Below are positions 55,424 to 64,000 of a stretch of 64,000 nucleotides of DNA, piece by piece. The position numbers and the translations under genes were made by a program. This stretch comes from Eledone cirrhosa (Eukaryota), in assembly GCA_964016885.1 (NCBI GenBank), contig OZ024742.1, positions 343,108,001 through 343,172,000 of the forward strand, read 5' to 3'. The notes beneath the pieces were generated by a model. It searched no databases, was not told the DNA's origin, and worked only from the letters and a program-made list of their open reading frames with translations. The number at the start of each line of letters is the position of its first letter. Positions within the stretch are counted from its first letter, which is position 1.

Positions 55424-56040
55424 TCTATATATATAAAACTGAGGATGTCTGTGTGTGTGTGAGTTTGAATCCCTAAAACTAGAGAAGCACCCAACCGACT
55501 GTTTTCAAACTTTACACATGTAATACTTATGTTTCGGGGAGTGTTTTGAGCAAAAGATTTTTAAATTTTCAATGCCCTAGAGACCGTATTAGATAGATAC
55601 ATACATATACGTCGCGCCCTTATAATATCTGTCTGTATGTCTGGCTGTCTGCATTACGTCACTTCCCTGAGGATGTCTGTCTGTGTGTGTCTGAGTTTGA
55701 ATCCCTAAAACTCGAGAAGTACCCAACCGACTTTTTTCAAACTTTACATGTGTATTACTTATGTTTCAGGGAGTGTTATACATAAACAAATTCAACTTTT
55801 TTATCCCCTATGTGAAAAACTGTGTTTTTTCAGGTTTTTATGGGTTTTTTTAGGCGTTACGTCAGTTCGATTTCCTTGAAATTGTAACTATGTATTAGTT
55901 AGTCTCTTCTTCATACAGTGAGCAAAGAAAATCCAACTTTTTTTATGGCCTAGGGCTCGCATTAGGTGAAAAACTTCATTTTTTCAGCTTTTTAGGGCTT
56001 TTTTGGGCGTGTGTGTTTGTGTGTGTATAAGTATATCCAT
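55424..56040 (+). mobile_element. Non-autonomous Helitron 5' part with an internal tandem duplication (restart near 55668); 3' end not seen
   Basis: Starts TCTATATATATAAAACTGAGGATGTCTG and is reverse-complement homologous to ~45940-46212. Confidence 0.75.
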
Positions 56041-57541
56041 ATCTGTATCTCTCTCTCTCTCTCTCTCTTTATATATATATATATATATTAGTTATAAAGC
56101 ACTACCGTCATCACAATACCAGGTGGGGCGCATGCAGCGGACCACGATATAACACAGCATACCTATGAATGCATGACGGAACAAGTTGATATCAACGACA
56201 GATCCAGCGATGCCTACCTCGTAGCGTACCTTGGATAGGACCGCCACACCAATTTGCGGACGCCGACTCAATATAAGTCTGATTTGGTCTACAACCCTAT
56301 GTGTGGTTTTAAATTTTCAAATTTTTTAATTTCCAATTTTTGATTTTCAATCTTCGATTCCTGGTGTTTAATTCGCTACTTAGATGCCGGATCTGATGCT
56401 GGTCTTAAGGTTAATGTCGCAGTTAATTTTAACTTTGCCTGCCGTTAAACTTTGCCTACAACACAAGCTGCTGGCACATTCCAATCATGCATACATTCCA
56501 CGTACATTTCATATATACTGCTATGAAACACATACCCTATATATTTCATGTATACATCCACTACATGTACATCTCATATATACTATTATGAAATGGATGT
56601 TATACACATCCACAATATATATAACTTGTTTGTGTACGCACGCACGGTCTCCATGTGTCCACCAGCCATGAGACCTGCATCATGTGCAGACTCTTACCCA
56701 GTACCTTAGATCACCAGTCCCCATGTATATTATATAACCATATGCACCACAGCCCTCAAGTATTTTATGCAACTTTACACTCACCCCAATAATGTCCGGA
56801 CCCCCTCTGCATCCTTGTCATGTCTACATTTCTTTTTCCAGTATTTTATTTTATATTATATTATTTTATTTTACTTTATTTTATGTACGTACAGGCATTT
56901 TTTATATATATGCCACCCACGATATATGTGATTAGTGCAGGGCTATAGCATTTATGCATATTGTGCACTTTCGGGCTTATATCGCCACGTGATTGGGTTG
57001 GGTCCAAGCCTCAAGAACGTTGTCTCATATAATACAATGCGCACCATGTGCACAGCTGCACGTGTCTGTACGGATGGGAGGGTATTCATGAAGTATGTGC
57101 CCTCGGTAATGTACAAGTATGAACATACGCGGGTACATGTATGTATGTGTGTCCACGCAAATATGCATGCGCACGTGTGTACACATGTCTGGGTGGATGT
57201 ATTTGTATGAACATGTCAGTGTGAGGGTATGAATGCCTATGTGTAGATCTTTCTTTTTTTTTTATCTGTGTATATATGTGCAGCGTCTTAACTATACACG
57301 CTTCCCTGAGTACAGTGTGTGAGTGTAGATATGTGTATATTTATCAAAAATACCTTGGAAATAACCTTTTTTTTTTTGAAAGGCTGTTCCACGCATTCAT
57401 TTAAAAACATTCTTTGTACAGAGTTTTTCTTTTTGAAATATGTATGTTTTAAGGTATTCTGAGGCTGTGTTCTTGAAAGGTTATGCTAAATATTTTTCTA
57501 ATTTGTTTTAAAAATTCTCTCCAAGCATTATATACGGTGAT

Positions 57542-57972
57542 TGTCGCATATAATACAGTTGCGGGTGTGGACGTGATCGGTGTGGACGAGGGCACCTACA
57601 GACAGAGAAGACGCCGAAGGGCCACCAACAGTTCAACCCTTTACCTACTACAGTAGTAATTCCGATCAAGAAACAACTTTGATTTACAGGTGGAGAATGA
57701 AAAGAACCAAATAGTGGACAACCATGAGTGGCTAGAAATATCGATGACGTGTACAATTCTTGACCACTCATAGAATGACAACAGGATCTAAGCCGACCGG
57801 CGAAGGATATCGATGTAAAAGGACATTTGGAAAATCTGCTTCGCAGAATCAAGACGCATCTGAGGACCTTGCGATTTTCAGAGTCAGGTTCGATCATCAC
57901 ATCGATCGTGCCTCGAGCTGGTCGCCAGAGAAACGATTGTAATATGTCCAATAAATTCCATTCGTCGCAACA
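57542..57972 (+). mobile_element. Solo LTR candidate (431 bp)
   Basis: TGTCGCA...TCGCAACA termini, AATAAA about 20 bp before the end, flanks GTGAT / CTGAT (5-bp TSD with one mismatch), GC-richer than its surroundings. Confidence 0.6.
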
Positions 57973-57989
57973 CTGATTCTCTTTTTTGT

Positions 57990-58695
<706 letters not shown>

Positions 58696-58883
58696 AGTTC
58701 AGTAAGTCCGAAGAAAATTGGTGAGAGAACCAAAGTCAGCACTCGATGCAGAGCAGAGTGTATACAATAAGAACAAAGAGATGTTACATAGGAGATTTAT
58801 TGCTCAACCTGGTTACAAATATTTTCCAGGCAACCGGCTCGTGATTCAGGAGTCCTATTATATATGTATATATATACACACAC

Positions 58884-58983
<100 letters not shown>

Positions 58984-58992
58984 GATCCTCTA

Positions 58993-59180
58993 CTAATTCG
59001 GGGCAACGCCTTTCTCCAGTGCCTGGTTACAGAACTCCAGGATGATATCATCAAAATCACACCTCTTCATCAGCTCTGATGCCGCTCCATCTTCTCCAAA
59101 AGCCTTGCCCTCCTTGATATTCTTCTTGGCTCTCTGAAACTCCTCTCTGGTGAAGGGTCCTGTCTCAATATCCAGTTCCT
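58993..59180 (-). mobile_element. LINE reverse transcriptase N-terminal fragment (RTE-like)
   Basis: DIETGPFTREEFQRAKKNIKEGKAFGEDGAASELMKRCDFDDIILEFCN matches the K(A/S)xGxD region preceding LINE RT domains. Confidence 0.8.
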
Positions 59181-59187
59181 CAAACAG

Positions 59188-59287
59188 CCACCTGATCTGG
59201 AGACGCAGGACATGGCAGCGATAATGAGGGACAGAGACAGCTGGAGAGAACTCGTCCATGGATCTCGGGAAATTTACCCGCCCTAGA
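59188..59287 (+). mobile_element. LINE 3'-end fragment (RTE-like)
   Basis: Plus-strand DLETQDMAAIMRDRDSWRELVHGSR resembles the MxDRxxWR C-terminal motif. Confidence 0.55.
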
Positions 59288-59294
59288 CATAGAC

Positions 59295-59333
<39 letters not shown>

Positions 59334-59637
59334 AAAAGATATATGTATTTTCTTCGGGGTTATAAGAGGCTTAGCTCTGTTTCTCGACCGTTATATCGCG
59401 TGACTATCTCCCCCTCCACCTTTTGGGATTCTTTCTCACGTCGTGTAGACGCGTTCTTGAAGCTAGTAAAATGAGGTATCCTCTTGATAAGTCGGCAGAC
59501 CTCGCAAAGACTCTATATCTTTATGATGTATTGTTTTTGTTTATGCCACGAAACTACGTAGTCGAGGAATCTAGGAGCAGTTTAGGTATGATACATTTTA
59601 TTACTAATTATATCTAAATGTTTCTTCTCTCTTCATA

Positions 59638-59675
<38 letters not shown>

Positions 59676-59680
59676 ATAAT

Positions 59681-59941
59681 AATAAAATTGAAGACTAAAA
59701 TCCAAAGAGGGCTCGATAAGGAAAATATATATCAAATATATAAGAACCGTAGAGCAAATATTTATTAAAATAACAGATTAAAGTTTAAGCAAAGAATCGC
59801 TGCTTTCACCCTTAACGGGATCTTCTGAAACTAACAAAGTCAATCTGTAAAGGCGTTTACAGATTGACTTTGTTAGTTTCAGAAGATCCCGTTAAGGGTG
59901 AAAGCAGCGATTCTTTGCTTAAACTTTAATCTGTTATTTTA

Positions 59942-59977
<36 letters not shown>
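59681..59977 (+). mobile_element. Penelope-like element remnant: ORF tail, inverted terminal module, terminal module, AATAAA, (TA)n
   Basis: IKLKTKIQRGLDKE resembles the LxTxxPxGLN C-terminus of Penelope-like GIY-YIG domains. Perfect inverted repeat 59758-59851 / 59856-59949. Related copies at 45600-45877, ~62466-62500 and 62748-62862. Confidence 0.65.
59859..59934 (+). ncRNA. Type I hammerhead-like ribozyme motif with variant core; mirror copy on the minus strand at 59773-59848
   Basis: Stem I ACAGATTGA/TTAATCTGT plus AGTTT/AAACT with a 7-nt bulge, core CAGAAGA, stem II CCC-GTTAA-GGG, GAAA, stem III AGCA/TGCT, H17 = T59920. Confidence 0.6.
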
Positions 59978-59980
<3 letters not shown>

Positions 59981-60009
59981 TGGGCTCTATATTTGGGTCT
60001 ATGACCAAC

Positions 60010-60710
60010 AACCCCACGAGTGATGGTGCCACGAAAATGCAGCCGGTACACTACATATGTGTTGTTGGTGACAGGAAGGTCAACAAACCATAGAAAGCTT
60101 GCCAAATAAAGGGTTGGGAATATCCTTTAGTTATGTCAAGGACATGTCACCCTCCCTAGTGTTGGTGATCTAAACAACAATAGCACCCAGTACAGGCAGT
60201 AAAATGGTTGGTGTTAGGAAGGGCATCCAGCCGTAGAAAGATCGCCAAACAAGGGGTTGTGATGATCCTCCAGTTTGTGTCAAAAGTCACGACTACTCCT
60301 CTACACTCAATAATTGTTTCTAATTTTGGCACAAGGCCAGCAATTATTCCAGTGTATTACTGGTACTTTATTTTATCGACCCTGTAAGGATGAAAGACAA
60401 AGTTAACCTCGGCGGGATTTGAACTCAGATCATAAAGGGGCGTAACTCTATGCGTCGAAGCATGACGTCCGACCCTCTACCGATACTGCCAATCCACCAC
60501 CCTACACTCAATAATGACCGTACGTAAGCGGGATGCCGACCTCCTCGGCATATCTCGGACGTTAGTGGCTTAACTTCAGTACTGACTTCTACCAGGGAAA
60601 GCGGACGTTAAATGACGATGAAGATGATGATGATGATGATGAAGATGATGATGATGATGAAGATGATGATGATGATGAAGATGATGATGATGATGATGAT
60701 GATGATGATA
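60010..60710 (+). mobile_element. Diverged SINE-like element with an internal dimer and an RTE-type (GAT)n tail
   Basis: Two related blocks at ~60020-60140 and ~60160-60285 (ggttggtgttaggaagggcatccagccgtagaaa). Tail ccagggaaagcggacgttaaatga(gat)n. Confidence 0.6.
60315..60501 (-). mobile_element. Full-length tRNA-derived SINE with a 14-bp TSD
   Basis: Reverse complement of the 54391 family. CTACACTCAATAAT at 60301-60314 and 60502-60515. Confidence 0.92.
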
Positions 60711-61005
60711 TGTTGAACAATGGAAACAAAAGGCGAAGATTAGTGATTGATTAGTTTATTGTTTTGCAATCGTTTCAGAAACTTGATTGAACATGAGAAA
60801 TCGATATAATGACTAATCTATAGTGGTTATGCAACTCCATACTATTTGTCTCTATACTATAGATCCAGCTCGCCGTCTTTGTTGACGCTAATAATATGGA
60901 GATACATAACTACTACTATATAGTCCCTATATCGATTTATCATGATCAATCAAGCTTCTGAAACGATCGTAAAACAATGAACTGATTAAGCACTAAAGTT
61001 CAACA
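60711..61005. mobile_element. Foldback/MITE-like element with long imperfect TIRs
   Basis: TGTTGAAC...GTTCAACA termini. 60711-60841 pairs imperfectly with 60895-61005 (cgtttcagaaacttgattga / tcaatcaagcttctgaaacg). Confidence 0.75.
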
Positions 61006-61543
61006 CACACACCCCCACCCCCACCCACCCACCCCACCACACACACACACACATATATATATACATACTCTTGAGTGCTACTGGTAGCATGTAACCCAGT
61101 ACAACCTGTCACATGGTCGGATCGTCGGGGACTAAACCGGCAACCCCACCAAGTTTATTTGGTGAGGAGGGTGATTTTGGACACCCTGCAGGACAAAAAA
61201 CAAAACCTGACAAAGGGCGGAAGAACTCATAAGAGTCAACGGACGTCTGAAAAAAAAAATCCTGCCAAATCAATGGGTGGCAGGAGTTCCAGCTGTATCG
61301 AAAGACTGGTGTAGTGGTTCTGAGAACAATGCGGCCTTGCAGATGATCAATGCAAATTGACAGTAGAAAGGCGCTCCCGCTCGACTTAGAAGAGAACTAT
61401 TGACCTTCAGGAGAAGCAGCGACCCCTGATTGTATTCAGCAACTGAAACAAATACGAAGTACACCAAATCCAATGCTCCTAGGGGCGGCCCTGGTTCTTC
61501 TTATTTGCGAGTGTAAACTCGGCCAGATTAGATTAGATTAGAT

Positions 61544-61633
<90 letters not shown>

Positions 61634-61678
61634 CCGTATATTCTCGAACCTTCAGTTTTCTGATGTAACGTCCCTTAC

Positions 61679-61870
61679 CTGACCTGAGTCGGTGTTGCCC
61701 GTTGAATCCTCCCAGAATATAAAGATTGGAATTGAGAATGACGGCACTGAGCCCTGTTCGATGTGTTGACATGTTCTCCAAAAGTGTCCACTGGTCGGTT
61801 TTGGAACAATACACTTCCACGCTATTCAAACTGGTCAGTCCATCAAAACCACCGCAAACGTACAGCTTAC
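61679..61870 (-). CDS. Kelch-like protein (KLHL10-like) internal exon, kelch repeats
   Basis: GKLYVCGGFDGLTSLNSVEVY..DQW..M..HRTGLSAVILNSNLYILGGFNGQHRLRS. Acceptor ttgctag and donor G|GTAAG. 192 bp, phase 1-1, in frame with the upstream exon. Confidence 0.93.
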
Positions 61871-62120
61871 CTAGCAAAGTATAAAAGTAGACTACATATA
61901 TATATATATATTGTGTTCAGAAGAGATTGTTTTGGTAAAAACAGGAGTAAGCATGAGTAAGCTGGGCACACAAGCAATACAACGTGTGTCTTTTCACTCC
62001 AGCGACATATCAAACATATCGGGTATCATCTGAGGATACCGTTCTCATAACAACAGCATCTCGATTGCATGGAGAACCGTGGAAATAATTATAATGATTA
62101 AACGATATATGTAACTTGTC

Positions 62121-62196
<76 letters not shown>

Positions 62197-62259
62197 TCAT
62201 CATCATTTATATATATATATATAAAATTATTTATACATATGTATGTATGTATATTATTT

Positions 62260-62445
62260 CAGACGCCATGCTTTGCAGCATAGAGTTACGGCCCTTTATG
62301 ATCTGAGTTCAAGTTCCACCGAAGTTAACTTTGCCTTTCATCCTTACGGGGTCGATAAAATAAAGTACCTGTCACGCACTGGGGTCGATTTAATCGACTT
62401 TCCCTCCCCTCAAATTGCAGGCCTTGTGCCTATATAAGAAACACT
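62260..62445 (+). mobile_element. SINE, 5'-truncated, intronic
   Basis: gagttcaagttccaccgaagttaactttgcctttcatccttacggggtcgataaa..ggccttgtgcc. Confidence 0.85.
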
Positions 62446-62558
62446 TATTATTATTATTAGCACAATTAAAAGTTTAAGCAAATAATTTCTGCTTTCACCT
62501 ATTCTAATTTTATCGAGTCCTCATTGGACTTTCGTCTTTGTATTCAATATTATATATA

Positions 62559-62674
62559 TAATTGTTTCTACTTTAGGCACAAGGCCAGCAATTACCCAGT
62601 GGTACTGGTACTTTATTTTATCGACCCCGTAAGGATGAAAGGCAAAGTTAACCTCGGCGGGATTTGAACTCAGA
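62559..62674 (-). mobile_element. SINE 3' half, intronic
   Basis: Reverse complement of the same family. Confidence 0.88.
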
Positions 62675-62702
62675 TAATATATATATAATAATATATATAT
62701 AT

Positions 62703-62747
<45 letters not shown>

Positions 62748-62753
<6 letters not shown>

Positions 62754-62862
62754 TACCATTAAAATTTAAGCAAATAATCGTTGTTTTCACCCTTAACGGG
62801 ATCTTGTATTTTGATATGTATATATAATCCTTATCGAGCCCTCTTCGGATTTTAGTCTTCAC
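62748..62862 (-). mobile_element. Internally deleted Penelope-like repeat copy
   Basis: Minus-strand KTKIRRGLDKD joined to aagatcccgttaagggtgaaaac..tgcttaaa and then (TA)n. Confidence 0.65.
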
Positions 62863-62872
62863 ATTTATTATC

Positions 62873-63035
62873 TCGGACGCCATGCTTTGCAGCAAAGAGT
62901 TACGGCCCTTTATGGTCTGAGTTCAAATCCCGCCAAGGTTAACTTTGCCTTTCATCCTTACGGGGTCGATAAAATAAAGTACCAGTAATGTACTGGGTAA
63001 TTGCTGGCCTTGTGCCAAAAGTAGAAACAATTATT
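62873..63035 (+). mobile_element. SINE, 5'-truncated, intronic
   Basis: B box GAGTTCAAATCCC plus the family body and tail. Confidence 0.88.
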
Positions 63036-63037
63036 AT

Positions 63038-63091
<54 letters not shown>

Positions 63092-63206
63092 AGCGTTAAC
63101 CTAATATATTTCTTCCATATACTGTACCGATTGTGTTGTTATTTCTGTTTACCTTTTAGATATATATATATATATACTACTTTCTGCTCGAAACTATTCA
63201 TCTTAC

Positions 63207-64000
63207 CTTTGAGAGGTGCTATCCCTGCATCACTCCTTGTATATCGCATAGGAGCGACTAAAACCCACTGATTAGTTGATCTGTGGTAACACTCCACAGC
63301 TCGATGTCGTTGTAGTCCATCATGACCACCGCAAGCATAGATTCGGCCGTTTAACGCGGTGCTTGCAACGTAACATCGGCTAAAATGCATCGGAGATAAT
63401 TCTTGCCACTGACGTGTAGCAATGTCAAATCTGTGTACACCATTGTAATACTTATTATAATCATTGTATCCTCCAAGAATGTAAATCTGTTCATGCAAAA
63501 CGACTGTACCATGATACGCTCGAAGACAATGAGCTGGATTTATAAGTATAAACCATTGATTCGTACGAGCATCGTATGTCTCCATGTTCGACATAATTCC
63601 ATCCAGACCATAGCCGCCTGTTATAAAAATCACTTCAGTAGGAATCCGTGGCCGGAAAATTGTAGGCATTTCATGCAAAAATAACGACATATCTTTATAA
63701 AGCTGGCTAAGATAAATATTCGTTTTATGTTCCGCAAGAGAATTTTTCTTTATTTTATCTAAAATATTTGGGTGCAGGAGACCTACGCGTAAATTTTGAA
63801 AAAGTCGTTTTGAAAAAGTGGTACGTATCTTCGGTTCGAACATGATCCATCTTTGACATGCTAAGAACGCGGATTCTTCTTCTTTGATGTTTAAACAGTC
63901 ATCTCTGACAATTTCTTCCAATTCGTTATAAGTCAAACTTAAAAACTCATTGCTAAGTTTTGAAACTAACGCAAAATGTTCTAAGATATAATTCCAACTT
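63207..64000 (-). CDS. Kelch-like protein (KLHL10-like) exon: BACK domain C-terminal part and first kelch repeats; continues beyond the window
   Basis: Frame open to the window edge: ..HFALVSKLSNEFLSLTYNELEEIVRDDCLNIKEEE..RWI (BACK), RPRIP, then VIFITGG..METYDARTNQW..RAYHG..IYILGG..RCYVAS..IYACGG..RSDAG. Donor G|GTAAG at 63207/63206. Confidence 0.95.

Noticed and set aside
58700-58860. Second hammerhead candidate on the minus strand (cctgaatcacg..ggaaa)
   Set aside because: The core does not fit CUGANGA and the helices do not close.
61065-61500. Possible LINE 5' UTR with an HDV-like ribozyme
   Set aside because: It looks like a retroelement leader, but I could not build the nested double pseudoknot by eye.

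Overview
Repeat-dominated animal genomic DNA. The SINE, RTE and microsatellite landscape resembles an octopod cephalopod (inference). Bases 1-~40957 are one 24-bp satellite array (GGTATGAAGTATGT-GATCTCCA-GT) with a small alphabet of variant units and irregular higher-order repeats (2736, 3216 and 5588 bp periods); its long ORFs are artefacts. The rest is a mosaic of nested mobile-element fragments (CRE-type and RTE-type LINEs, tRNA-derived SINEs, non-autonomous Helitrons, MITEs, solo-LTR candidates), four minisatellites (27, 50, 84 and ~23 bp), microsatellites, a 200-N scaffold gap flanked by an inverted duplication, and two minus-strand exons of a KLHL10-like BACK-kelch gene. The most notable signal is a dispersed Penelope-like repeat carrying a non-canonical type I hammerhead-ribozyme fold (core CAGAAGA, compensatory change in stem II between copies). 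One copy is a perfect 94-bp-arm palindrome, so the ribozyme fold is present on both strands.
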